Source: Malacoraja senta
Lineage: Eukaryota
Reading direction: 5' to 3'
DNA: 64,000 bases
Assembly: GCA_038087875.1 (NCBI GenBank)
Contig: CM075992.1
Span: 8,682,001-8,746,000 of the forward strand
The notes below the pieces were generated by a model that worked only from the letters and a program-made list of their open reading frames with translations, searched no databases and was not told where the DNA came from. The translations under genes were made by a program, and so were the position numbers. Positions 23,338 through 36,139 of the stretch are shown here, piece after piece; position 1 is the stretch's first letter, and every line of letters begins with the position of its first letter.

Positions 23338-23828
23338 GGCTGTGGGGGCCAAGTCAATGGACATGGCAGAGATAGATAGATTCTTGATTAGGACGGGTGT
23401 CAGGGGTTATACAATACAATACACAATAGGTGCAGGAGTAGGCCATTTGGCCCTTCGAGCCAGCACCGCCATTCAATGTGATCATGGCTGATCATCCCCA
23501 ATCAGTACCCCGTTCCTACGCTGCACTCCCTCAATAGCAAGAACGTCCTTCCTCAAATTAGGGGACCAAAACTGCACACAATACTCCAGGTGTGGTCTCA
23601 CTAGGGCCCTGTACAACTGCAGAAGGAACTGCAGAAGATTATGGGGAGAAGTCAGGAGAATGGAGTTAGGAAGGAGCCAAGATTGAATGGTGGAATAAAC
23701 CTGATGGGCCGAATGGCCTAATTCTAGTCCTATCACTTATGACCTTTATCCCACCCTATCCCTGTTTTGGCTTTCTGCCGCACACCTCCCACCTCCACCT
23801 AAAATCAATGAATAAGGGTCCCGACCCC

Positions 23829-24220
23829 GAAACGTCACCTTTCCCTATTCTCCAGAGATGCTGCCTGACCCCCTGAGTTACTCCAGCACTCTGTGAAACA
23901 TTACCTATCCATGTTCTCCACAGATGCTGCCTGACCCGCTGAGTTACTCCAGCACTCTGTGAAACATCACCTATCCAAGTTCTCCACAGATGCTGCCTGA
24001 CCCCCTGAGTTACTCCAGCACTCTGTGAAACGTCACCTATCCATGTTCTCCACAGATGCTGCCTGACCCCGAGTTACTCCAGCACTCTGTGAAACGTCAC
24101 CTATCCATGTTCTCCACAGATGCTGCCTGACCCCGAGTTACTCCAGCACTCTGTGAAACGTCACCTATCCAAGTTCTCCACAGATGCTGCCTGACCCGCT
24201 GAGTTACTCCAGCACTCTGT
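23829..24220 (+). repeat. Six tandem 64-66 bp units of the Penelope terminal repeat
   Basis: Units start at 23829, 23895, 23961, 24027, 24091 and 24155. Confidence 0.9.
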
Positions 24221-24356
24221 GTCTTTCCTCAATCTCGTTTACTGGATCATATATGTAGCCATAATTAATGAATGAGCCCACCAATAGTGGTTTAAATGAT
24301 CGCAGGTTATCTTGTTCAACGTTTGATCCATTTGCTCTGTCGTAACTTCTCTTTAG

Positions 24357-24455
24357 ATAAGGGCTGAGTACCAGAAGAGGATTTTCGCCATTTCTCAGAC
24401 CAAGAGGATCTTCTTTGAGTCTGAATCCACGAAAACACCGTTGTCAGTCACGTTG
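24357..24455 (+). CDS. ADGRE: ADGRE-like cytoplasmic tail exon (IRAEYQKRIFAISQTKRIFFESESTKTPLSVTL)
   Basis: ctctttag acceptor and gtaagt donor; 99 bp; the (V/I)R.EY helix-8 motif. Confidence 0.85.
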
Positions 24456-24804
24456 GTAAGTGTGTTTGTGTCCTTGACAGCAACCTACAGTCTCTCAGGG
24501 CGACACGGTGGCGCAGCGGTAGAGACGCTGCCTCACAGCGCCAGAGACCCGGGTTCCATGCAAACTCCACACAAACAGCACCCAAGGTCAGGATGGAGCC
24601 CAGGTCTCTGTCGTTGTGAGGCAGCAGCTCTACCAGCTGCTCTGCAGGAAATACGATATACATATGAAAGGACGTTCCTTTAGAAAGAGGAGGAATTTCT
24701 TTACTCAGAGCGTGGTGAATCTGTGGAATTCATTGCCACAGATGGCTTTGGAGGCCATCAATGGATATTTTTTAAGACAGAGACAGATACATTCTTGATT
24801 AGTA

Positions 24805-25260
24805 ACCTGTCTTATCCATGTAGCTGTCCAACTGTCTTTTAAATGTTGTTAAGATCCTCAACTACCTCCTCTGGCAGCTTATTCCATCTACCCACCACCC
24901 TCTGTGTGAAAAAAATCCCCCTCAGTTTCCTATTAAATCTTTCCCCTCACCGTAAACCTCTGTCCTCTGGTTCTCGATTCCCCTACTCTGGGTAAAACAC
25001 TCTGTGCATTCACCCTATCTGTTCCCCTCATTATCTTATACACCTCTATAAGATCACCCCTCAGCCTTCTGCGCTCCAAGGAATAGTCCTAGCCTGCCCA
25101 ACCGCTCCCTGTAGCGCAGGCCCTTGAATCCTGGCAACTTCCTCGTCGATTTTCTCTTCGTTCGTTCCAGCTTAATGGCATCCTTCTAGTCGGAGGGTGA
25201 ACAAAACTGAACACAATAGTCCGAGTGCGGGCTCACCAACACTTTGTACAACCAATAACG
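24805..25260 (-). mobile_element. CR1 LINE fragment (inverted near-copy of 8580-9035)
   Basis: Shares private sequence with the 8.6-kb copy. Confidence 0.85.
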
Positions 25261-26365
25261 TAATGTCCCAAACTCTGCCCTCAGACTTCTGACTGATTGT
25301 TGATCAGTGCGGGTGTCAGGGGTTATGGGAAGAAGGCAGGAGAACGGGGTTAGGAGGGAGAGATAGATCAGCCATGATTGAATGGGGGAGTAGACTTGAT
25401 GGGCCGAATGGCCTAATGGCCTAATTCTGCTCCTATCACTTATGAACTTTCCCAGTTAGGTTCAACTTCCCCACATGCTCCCTGGGTCAGGTTGCAATGG
25501 GGAGATGTGTTGTCCCGTAGACCACTGGTGTGGAAACCACATCCAGAAATGCCCACACTTCCAAAAGTTTGTATACTCTGGAGTTTAGAAGGATGAGGGG
25601 CTATCTTACTGAAACATATGATTATTAAGGGTTTGGACACGTTAGAGGCAGGAAACATGTTCTCGATGTTGGGGGAGTCCAGAACCAGGGGCCACAGTTT
25701 AAAAATAAGGGCTAAGCCATATAGAACCGAGTCTGTGGAATTCTCTGCCTCAGTGGTGGTGGCCGGTTCTCTGGATACTTTCAAGAGAGAGGGCTCTTAA
25801 AAATAGCGGAGTCAGGGGATATGGGGAGAAGGCAGGAACGGGGTACTGATTGGGGATGATCAGCCATGATCACATTGAATGGCGGTGCTGGCTCGAAGGG
25901 CCAAATGGCCTACTCCTGCACCTATTGTCTTTTGTCAAAAGAGCTTAAAAATGACCCAAAAATGGTCATCGCCCAAACACCACTTCCAGTTGCATAACAG
26001 TGGGAGCTAAAGCAGGATTTTACAAACCAAAGACGTGGGGGTTTGTAGGTTAATTGGCCTCTGTAAATGTCTCCCTAGTGTGTAGGGGGTGGATGAGACA
26101 ATAGCATAACATGAACGAGTGTGAGCGGGTTCAGTTTACTGTCACGTGTACCGAGGTACAGCAAAAAGCTTCATTGTTGTGTGCTATCCAGTCAGCGGAA
26201 AGACAATGGAAGATTACAATCGAGCGTAGACACAAAATGCTGGAGTAACTCAGCGGGACAGGCAGCATCTCCGGAGAGAAGGAATGGGCGACGTTTCAGG
26301 TCGAGACCATTCTTCAGAGCCGTCCACAGATACAGGATAAATGGAATAATGTTTTGTGCAAGATA

Positions 26366-26789
26366 CTCTTTGGCCCCCCCTCGGTCATGGCTGACCATGG
26401 GTGTCTCCAGGGTTGGAGGACGCCTGTGCGTGACTTTGTTTAACGTGGGGAGACTGGTGCACAGACAGCCACGGTCCTTGACAGATCTGGGTCAGGATCC
26501 AGTGGCATGGAGTCCAAGACGACCGGAGACCCTTTTCTGCTGCAGCCTTCATCCGCCTTCCCAGCCGTTGTGACGCTCCACTAAGGTCAGCCATCGTCCT
26601 CCGCCTGTTCCACCGTTGAGGTCTTGGTTGGATTGCTCTTTGTCAGAGACCTCCCCCTCGACCTTACCGCCATGGATGGCCCTACCAGGAGCATAGCTCC
26701 AGACGGCATCGCTCTCAGGATCTCAGGTCCACACAAGCTTCCCCACCACGACAAGGTGACAACCCACGGAAATAATGTGCAGTGATAAA
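26366..26789 (-). mobile_element. RTE-derived short non-autonomous retroelement
   Basis: The - strand 5' end caccttgtcgtggtgggg...gtagggccatccat...ctgacaaagagc resembles the conserved RTE/BovB/Rex3 5' UTR. An imperfect ~30-bp flanking duplication lies at 26335-26365 and 26790-26820. Confidence 0.6.
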
Positions 26790-27378
26790 GGATAATGGTA
26801 ATAATGTTTAGTGCAAGATAAAGTCCGATTAAAGTTTGGTGGGCTGAAGGGCCTGTTTCCATGCTGTATCTTTAAAACTAAAAAACTAAGTTGCCTCTTT
26901 CAGTAAATGTGCTTAGGATGTTTCTCTGAATATGGTCAGATTCAATGTTTTAAATTTTCTTTGAACACTTTGTATAAAATCATGAGAGGAATAGATTGGG
27001 TAGATGCACGGAATCTCTTGCCCAGAGAAGGGGAATCGAGGACCAGAGGACGTAGGTTCAAGGTGAAGGGGAATAAGATTTAATAGGAATAGGAATATTT
27101 AATAGGGGTAACTTTTTCACACAAAGGGTGGTGGGTGTACGGAATGAGCTGCCGGAGGAGGTAGTTGAGGCCGGGAGTATCCCGACGTTTAAGAAACAAT
27201 TAGACAGGTGCATGGATAGGACAGGTTTGGAGGGATGTGGACCAAGCGCAGGCAGGTGGGACTAGTGTGGGTAGGACATGTTGGTCAGTGTGGGCGTTGG
27301 GCCGAAGGGCCTGTTTCCACGCTGGATCACTCTATGACTCTTCCAAACTTCAGACTAAGGTTGTATTTTTCTCTGCAG

Positions 27379-27390
27379 GAGACAGTGTGA
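27379..27390 (+). CDS. ADGRE: ADGRE-like candidate terminal coding exon (ETV*)
   Basis: Strong ttgtatttttctctgcag acceptor, phase 0, then GAG ACA GTG TGA followed by unique sequence. Confidence 0.6.
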   Translation, partial: ETV

Positions 27391-28206
27391 CCAGATCGCT
27401 ACCCAACATGCATCAAAGCCCACTTCAAGAAACTGCGGGCACTCAACTCCCTGAACTGCCACCCGTCTCCTATATCTGTTCATTCACCAGACCAGCGTAC
27501 AGATGTTTCTGACCTGTGACACAGCTGGATGACTTGGAGAGGCCAAGAACAACTTGGTGTGTGGAAAGGAACTGCAGATGCTGGTTTACACCAGAGATAG
27601 ACACAAAAAGCTGGAGTAACTCAGCGGGACAGGCAGCATCTCTGGAGAGAAGGAATCGGTGATGTTTCGGGTCGAGACCCCTCTTCAGATTGAGATTCAG
27701 AGGAGAGGGTTCAGACTGACTCTGAGTCTGAAGAAGGGTCTCGACCCGAAAAGGCACCTATTCCTTTTCTCCGGAGATGATGTCTGACCCGTTGAGCTTT
27801 TTGTGACCAACTTCTCCAAGTCCAACCAGATGACCTTTGTTGGAGGAGTATTTCATGGTTCCAATCTTTTACTATCCCTACCCCTTTTATGAATGAAAAG
27901 TTAAAAAACTGAATTTCCTACTGATAACTTTGAAGAGCCACAGTTTAATCCCAGCGGATTGTGCTGCATAAGGCAGAATATTTCAAAGGATTCAGTGCGC
28001 AGTGCTATCTAGTAGATGGTTTGTTAATCGTGCATCAATTTACATTTGAGATAATATCAAGATCAGGGTGGCACGGTGGCGCAGCGGTAGAGTTGCTGCC
28101 TCACAGCGCCAGAGACCCGGGTTCTATCCTGACTACGGGCACTGTCTGTACGGAGTTTGTACGTTCTCCCCGTGACCGTGTGGGTTTTCCCCGGGTGCAC
28201 CGGTTT

Positions 28207-28627
28207 CATAGAAACATAGAAAATAGGTGCAGGAGGAGGCCATTCAGCCCTTCGAGCCAGCACCGCCATTCATTGTGATCATGGCTGATCGTTCCCTATC
28301 AATAACCCGTGCCTGCCTTCTCCCCATATCCCTTGACTCCACTAGCCCCTAGAGCTATATCTAACTCTCTCGTAAATCCATCCAGTGACTTGGCCTCCAC
28401 TGCCCTCTGTGACAGGGAATTCCACAAATTCACAACTCTCTGGGTAAAAAAGTTTTTTCTCACCTCAGTCTTAAATGACCTCCCCTTTATTCTAAGACTG
28501 TGGCCCCTGGTTCTGGACTCGCCCCACATTGGGAAATTTTTTCCTGCATCTAGCTTGTCCAGTCCTTTTATAATTTTATATGTTTCTATAAGATTCCCCC
28601 TCATCCTTCTAAACTCCAGTGAATACA
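28207..28627 (-). mobile_element. CR1 LINE 3' fragment inserted into a V-SINE (28065-28790)
   Basis: YSLEFRRMRGNLIETYKI...; SINE halves lie on both sides. Confidence 0.85.
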
Positions 28628-29434
28628 GCGTAGTCTTTCCTCCCACACTCCAAAGATGTAGAGGTTTGGAAGTTAATTGTCTTCTATAAATTGTCCCTAT
28701 TTTGCATAGGACATAGATATAGTAGACGATTGTTGGTCAACGTGGACTCGGTGGGCCGAAGGGCCTGTTTCCACGTTGTGTCTCTGAAGTCGAAATTCAC
28801 AATCCTTCACTTTTTTTCTACCCCCTTTATGAATGGAAAGATATAAGCGTAATTTTCCACTGATAACTTTAAAGAGCCAGTTTAATCACTATGGATTGTG
28901 CAGAAGACGACAGTCTTTCAGAAGAATCAGTGATCAATGTTATCCAGAACATGGTTTGTTTATCATGCATCCCTTTATGTAGAAGAAGGAACTGCAGATG
29001 CTGGTAAAACCAAAGGTAGATAAAAATGCTGGAGAAACTCAGCGGGTGAGGCAGCATCTATGGAGACGCGAAAAATCACCTTTTCCTTCGCTCCATAGAT
29101 GCTGCCTCACCCGCTGAGTTTCTCCAGCATTTTTATCTACCTTCCCTTTATTTAGAAGACATTTCAAGAACAGATATAACCTATGCATCTGTTATTAGAT
29201 ATTTGGCCATTTCTTGCAACATCTGGGCTTGGAGCCAGAGTGAGAAACTGCAACTTCATTGTAATCGCTTACAAATGGCTATATGCACATGCAACTTAAA
29301 GTCTAACACATTGATAAAATTATGGAACTAACTCCAAGTCGAGTCTTCTCTATTTGCTGTTCTACTCGGGATCCTTGTGAGGTTAACGCTTCCATTCCAG
29401 TTTTACATACAAAAACTGTGGTGTGGAGCTTCTG

Positions 29435-30705
29435 TCATACAGTGTGGAAACAGCCCCCTCGGCCCAACTTGCCCACACCGGCCAACAATGTCCCAGCTAC
29501 ACTAGTCCCACCTGCCTGCGTTTGGTCCATATCCCTCCAAACCTGTCCTGCCCATGTACCTGTCTAACTGTTTCTTAAACATTGGGCTAGTCCCTGCCTC
29601 AACTACCTCCTCTGGCAGCTTGTTCCATACACCCACCACCCTTTGTGTGATAAAGTTACCCCTCAGATTCCCATTAAATCTTCACCTTGAACCTATGTCC
29701 TCTGGTCCTCGATTCCCCTACTCTGGGCAAGAGACTCTGTGCATCTACCCGATCTATTCCTTTCATGATTTTGTACACCTCTATAAAATCACCCCTCATC
29801 CTCCTGCGCTCCAAGGAATAGAGACCCAGCCTACTCAACCTCTCCCTATAGCTCACACCCTCTAGTCCTGGCAACATCCTCATAAATCTTGTCTGAACCC
29901 TTTCAAGCTTGACAATATCTTTCCTATAACATGGTGCCCAGAACTGGACACAATATTTTAGATGTGATCTCACCAATGTTTTATACAACTGCAACATGAC
30001 CTCCCAACTTCTATATTCAATACGCTGACTGATGAAGGCCAATGTGCCAAAATTCTTTTTGACCACCTTATCTACCTGCGACTCCACCTTCAAGGAACCA
30101 TGCACCTGTACTCCTAGATCCCTCTGCTCTACAACACTCCCCAGAGGCCTACCATTCACTGTGTAGGTCCTGCCCTTGTTTGATGTCCCAAATTGCAACA
30201 CCTCACATTTCTCTGTATTAAATTCCATCAACCATTCCTCCGCCCACCTGGCCAATCGATCCAGATCCTGCTGCAATCGTTCACAACCATCTTCACGATT
30301 TGCAAAACCACCCACTTTTGTATCATCAGCAAACTTGCTAATCTTGCCCTGTATGTTCTCATCCAAATCATTGATGTAGATGACAAACAGTAACGGGCCC
30401 AGCACTGAACCCTGAGGCACACCACTAGTCACAGGCCTCCAGTCTGAGAAGCAACCTTCCACCATCACCCTCTGCTTCCTTCCATGGAGCCACTTTGCTA
30501 TCCATTCAGCTATCTCTCCTTGGATCCCATGCGATCTAACCTTCCAGAGCAGCCTACCATGTGGGACCTTGTCGAACGCCTTACTGAAGTCCATGTACAT
30601 AACATCTACAGCTCTGCCCTCATCGACCTTTTTGGACACGTCTTAAAAAAACTCAGATTTGTGAGACATGACCTCCCACGTCCAAAACCATGCTGACTAT
30701 CCTTC
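29435..30705 (-). mobile_element. CR1 LINE, 5'-truncated, RT domain to 3' end
   Basis: ORF 29674-30639: YMDFSKAFDKVPH, GVPQGSVLGP, FADDTK. Confidence 0.95.
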
Positions 30706-30990
30706 AGTAGATGTTTGTCTACTCAGTAGGCCTGGATAGAGAGGGTGTGGCGAATGCTAGCATTTATTTAAAGAAGGCTAGAATACAAAATGTAATGTAA
30801 TGTTGAGGCTCTATAAGGCGCTGGACACTGTATCTGAGGAAGGATGTGCTGGCTCTAAAGAGGGTCCATAGGAGGTTTACAAGAATGATCCCAGGAACGA
30901 GTGGGTTAACCTATGATGAGTGCTTGATGGCACTGGGCCTCTATTTGCTGGAGTTCAGAAGAATGAGGGGACATCATTGAAAATTACCGA

Positions 30991-33900
30991 CCCAACTGGG
31001 ATGACAGCTCATTTATAACTAAATTTTTTACATCTCTCCCAAATATTGAAAATCACCATGTCATTGTGGGTGGAGATTTTAATCTGGTCCAAGATCCTAT
31101 ACTGGATAGATCTTCGAATAAAGCCTCTACTTTAACTAAAAGACTCTGCATGTTCTTGCCAAACAACTGGGGCTCACAGATCCATGGAGATTTATATTCC
31201 CCACGACTAAATTATTTTTATTTTTCTCCCACGTACATCGTATGTTTACCCGTATAGACTTCTTTCTCTTAGATAATAGATTGCTTTCCAAAATCAAATC
31301 CAGTGAGTACCATAGCATCGTAATATCAGATCATGCTGCGACCTCCCTTGATCTTCATTTTCGTAAACGAACTAACCCCTTTAAGTGGAGGTTCAACTCC
31401 TCATTATTAGCAGAGGCTCACTACATGCAATTCTTGTACTCCCAAATGACCCTATATTTTGAGCTGAATGACTCGCCGGACATAGAAAGATGTATACTTT
31501 GGGAAGCTTCAAAAGCCTATATTAGGGGCCAACTCATTTCCTTTATCTCCAACCTGAAAAGAACCGAGACGTTCCAAACGGCAGATCGGTTACAAAAAAT
31601 AAAGGACATTGATGACAAATATGCATCTGACCCAAACCCTAATCTCTATAGAGAACGCCTTAGGCTACAAACAGACTTTGACCCCATATCCATTAATAAA
31701 GCCAAACTACGACTGCTTAAATCTAGGCAACACTTTTTTGAATCTGGGGATAAAGCTGGAAAGCTTTTGGCCCATCAGGCCAGAACAGAGACGACTTCAC
31801 GGCTAATTCCAGCCATTAGATCCAGCTCAGGGGAGATTCATACTGATCCTCTCAGAATTAATGAAGCATTTGCTAAATTCTACACTGAACTATACACTTC
31901 CGACTGTCCCCCCACTGCAGGTGACATGTTCAGCAGTATGATGCTTCCTCGAATTGACGAAGAAGCCATGAGAGACTTGGGTGGTCCCATAACTGTAGCT
32001 GAGGTCCAAGCAGCCATCACATCGCTGCAAAGCAGAAAGTCACCCGGCCCTGACGGCTTCTCTGTAGAATATTACAAAGCTTTCTCTGACCTCCTCGCAC
32101 CAGTCCTGAGAGATATGTACAATGAGGCGTTTTTACATCGTCGCCTACCGCCCACCTTGTCGTGGGCTACCATCTCCCTAATTCTTAAAAAGGAGAAAGA
32201 TCCCCTGCGTTGTGGTAGCTATAGACCAATCTCACTCCTGAATGCGGACCTCAAAATCCTTTCTAAAGCCCTTGCGCTTCGTCTTCAGCGAGTGATGCCC
32301 TCTATTATCTCGTTGGATCAAACAGGGTTTTATACCTGGCCGACAGTCTTCCCATAATAATAGGCGTCTCCTTAACATCATTCACTCTTCGAGTAATGAG
32401 ACCCCGGAGATGGTGGTCTCCCTCGACGCCGAAAAGGCCTTCGACAGGGTCGAGTGGAGGTACCTATATGAAGCGATGGATAGGTTTGGCCTCGGTAACA
32501 GTTTTATTCTCTGGGTGAGCCTATTATATTCGTCCCCGGTGGCCTCAGTACAAACAAACGACATACTGTCGCCCCACTTCACACTTCAGAGAGGTACCAG
32601 ACAGGGTTGCCCGTTATCTCCACTCTTGTTTGATGTCGCGATAGAACCCCTGGCGGTCTGGTTACGCGCAGACAAGGGCTTGAAAGGTATTACACGGTTT
32701 GACACAACTCATAAAGTCTCATTGTATGCGGATGACCTGCTCCTGTACATCTCGAACCCAGTCAGTTCTCTCCCTGTGATTATGAATATTTTAGAACGGT
32801 TTGGTGCATATTCTGGTTATAAACATAACTACCAAAAGAGTGAGCTATTACCGATTAACTTACCGGCTAAGCAGCTCCCACGCTCTTTAACCTCATTCAA
32901 AAGGGCAGAGGATGGGTTCCGCTATCTCGGCGTTTTTATCACAATACCCTTATCTGATATGTTCCGCACAAACTTTTTGCCTCTGGTTGAGAAAGCCGAA
33001 AAAGATTTTGATCGCTGGTCAGTCTTACCGCTATCCCTCGTGGGCCGGATAAATCTGGTTAAGATGGTTGTCCTACCCAAATTCCTGTATCTTTTCCAGC
33101 ATGTCCCCATACTTATCACCAAATCTTTTTTTGACAAATTAGAAAGGACAATATCTAAGTTCTTATGGGGTAGCAAACCGGTCAGAATCCGAAAGGCGAT
33201 ACTGCAGTCGCCTAAGAGTGATGGCGGTTTGGCCCTTCCTGATTTTAGGCGATACTACTGGGCAGCTAACTTGCAAAAACTCCTGTATTGGATGAATGAT
33301 GATTGCGAGCACCCACCGATCTGGGTATATATGGAAAAGGCAAGTTCACGTCTCCCATTGCGGTCTGTCCTATGCTCCCAACTCCCCCTTTCTATAACAT
33401 CTGTGGGTGCAGGCCCAATTGTGTCCCTTTCGCTCAAGATATGGAGTCAATTTAGGAAAAACCTCAGTTTACAGGGTCCTTCCATCTTGACCCCACTGCT
33501 TAAAAATCACATTTTTAAACCTTCAAGTATAGACCACGCATTTAAAACCTGGCATAGTAATGGCAACAGTAGTATTAAAAACCTATATAAGGATGGTATC
33601 TTCTCATCTTTCGCGGAGCTCTCGTCTAACTACAACCTCCCAAACTCCCACCTTTTTCGGTTTTTCCAGATTCGGGATTTTGTGAAGAAGACATTTCCCT
33701 ACTTCCCAAATCGCCCTCCTGACACCCTGACTGATATCATCTTAGCTTTAGACCCCAATCGGAAGAAATGCATCTCTATTTTGTATAATTTGCTAGGGTC
33801 GGTTTTATTGAAACCTCATACCTCATTAAAAGCTGCGTGGGAGGGAGAGCTGAATACGCAATTAACAGACCAGCAATGGGACTCTGCCTTGGATTTGATC

Positions 33901-34785
33901 CACTCTTCTTCCATATGCGCTCGTCATGGCCTAATCCAATGCAAAGTCCTTTACAAAGTCCACTACACAAATGCAAGATTAGCTAGAATGTACCCAGCTG
34001 TCAATGACACCTGTAACAGATGTAGTCAATCTCCTGCCAACCATAGCCACATGTTTTGGTCTTGCCCTAAGCTAGCAGCCTTTTGGAGGAGTGCTTTTGA
34101 ATTGATAAGCAGAGCTTACGACCAGACTATTCTTCCAAATCCAATGTCAGCTATTTTCGGTACCCCTCCCAACACCAACCTCTCTATTGCGGTGAAACGG
34201 GTCCTAGCTTTTACAACCTTGTTAGCCCGGAGACTGATCTTGCTTAGTTGGAGGCTCACCTGTCCCCTGACACATGCCCGTTGGATTAAGGAGGTGCTTT
34301 ACAATCTGAAACTTGAAAAACTTAGGTTCTCTCTCAAAGGCTCTACCAAGACATTCCTAGATACATGGAACCCTTTCTTTGAACTGGTTAACTCTCTTAC
34401 TTTGTCCCCGGACTCGGAAGAGGACTGAGTGTTCTCCACCATTGTTTTGTTCTACAGCAGCTGCTTTCCCCTTAATCCCCCCCTCCCTACAATTGTTTAT
34501 TTAGATATATATGTATATATATATATATATTTTTATTTATTTTTTAATTTTTATATAGCACATTTTGTTTCGTCTATTCTACCATTTGTGTGTGGATGTG
34601 TACGTATGTGAGTGTTGTTTGTCCCCGTTTGGCTCCGACCTGACTTGGGTGGGTTGAAGGTGGGTAAGGGCAAGGGTTTTGAGGATCGCTTACATACTGT
34701 TGTACAATTATGCCTTGATTATTACTGTCTGTTATTATTGTATGTATGTAAATTGCCGTGAAATTCAAATAAAAAGATTAAATTC
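30991..34785 (+). mobile_element. L1-clade LINE, 5'-truncated within the APE domain, ORF2 frameshifted
   Basis: GGDFN, RIDF, SDH (APE); SPGPDG, YRPISLLN, DAEKAFD, GTRQGCPLSP, YADD (RT); C-terminal CCHC; 12-bp TSD GAAAATTACCGA at 30979-30990 and 34786-34797. Confidence 0.95.
31242..34428 (+). pseudogene. L1 ORF2 (endonuclease-RT) split by a frameshift near 32335
   Basis: ORFs 31242-32357 and 32410-34428; DQTGF continues in another frame as IPGRQ...NRRLLNIIH. Confidence 0.9.
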
Positions 34786-35679
34786 GAAAATTACCGAATC
34801 GCAAATAGCTTGATTCAGAGAGGATGTTTCTACTAGTGGGAGAGTCTTGGACAGGAGGTCATAGCCTCAGAATTAAAGGACATTCCTTCAGGAAGGGGAT
34901 GAGAAATTTCTTCAGTCAGAGGGCGGTGAATCTGTGGAACTCATTGCCACAGAGGGCGATGGAGGCCAAGTCAATCGATATTTTTAAGGCAGAGATAGAT
35001 AGATTCTTGATTAGTACGGGCGTCAGGGGTTATGGGGAGAAGGCAGGAGAATGGGGTTAGGAGGGAGAGATAGATCACCCACTATTGAATGGCGGTGTAG
35101 ACTAGATGGGCCGAATAGCTTAATTCTGCTCCTATCACTTATGAACATATATTTAAACCATCTTTGCTTTAGGTTTGTTATTTTCACCTGGTGTGCTATG
35201 TTTCGCATGCTTTCCAATCAGATCAGTTAATACTATAGATCAATATGAACAAGTCAAACGTGTTTAAGAAGGAACTGCAGATGCTGGAAAATCGAAGGTA
35301 GACAAAAATGCTGGAGAAACTCAGCGGGTGAGGCAGCATCTATGGAGAGAAGGAATAGGTGACGTTTCGGGTCGAGACCCTTCTTCAAACTTGTGTATAC
35401 TAGGTAGAGCATACAGAGTGCAGAATATAGTTCTCCACATTGTAGCGCAGCAGTTTCATAGACAAAGCCCAATGTCCGCAATGGGGTAAAGTAACTTGAA
35501 GCTCTCAAATTTGAGGGACATGATCCTCGAGGCACAAAACCATGCTGACTATCCAGAATCAAATCTGCCTTTCCAAATGTATGCCTATCTTATCCCTCAG
35601 AATTCATCCCAGTAACTTTCCTACCACAGATGTTAAGCATACGGATCTATCGTTCCCAGATTTTTCTTTGAAGCCCTTA

Positions 35680-36043
35680 AACAATAGACAATAGGTGCAG
35701 GAGTAGGCCATTCGCCCCTTCGAGCCAGCACCGCCATTCAATGTGATCATGGCTGATCATCCCCAATCAGTACCCCGTTCCTGCCTTCTCCCCATATCCC
35801 CTGACTCCGCTATCTTTAAGAGCCCTATCTAGCTCTCTCTTGAAAGTATCCAGAGAACTGACCTCCACTGCCCTGAGGCAGAGAATTCCACAGACTCACA
35901 ATTCTGTGAGAAGAAGTGTTTCCTCATCTTCGTTCTAAATGGCTTACCCCTTATTCTTAACTTGTGGCCCCTGGTTCTGGACTCCCCCAACATCGGGAAC
36001 ATGTTTCCTGCCTCTAGCGTGTCCAAACCCTTAATAATCTTAC
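35680..36043 (-). mobile_element. CR1 LINE 3' fragment
   Basis: KIIKGLDTLEAGNMFP... followed by the 3' tail. Confidence 0.85.
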
Positions 36044-36139
36044 AGAGGCACAACTTTGGCCATTGTTGCAAAACAAGTAGCAAAACCTTATTCTAGGTAG
36101 CTATTCTACATTTACCTTGATCAACAATGATCTCTCCAC

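Noticed and set aside
23829..24220. CRISPR-like regular array
   Set aside because: No unique spacers, eukaryotic context, and the units derive from the Penelope terminal repeat.
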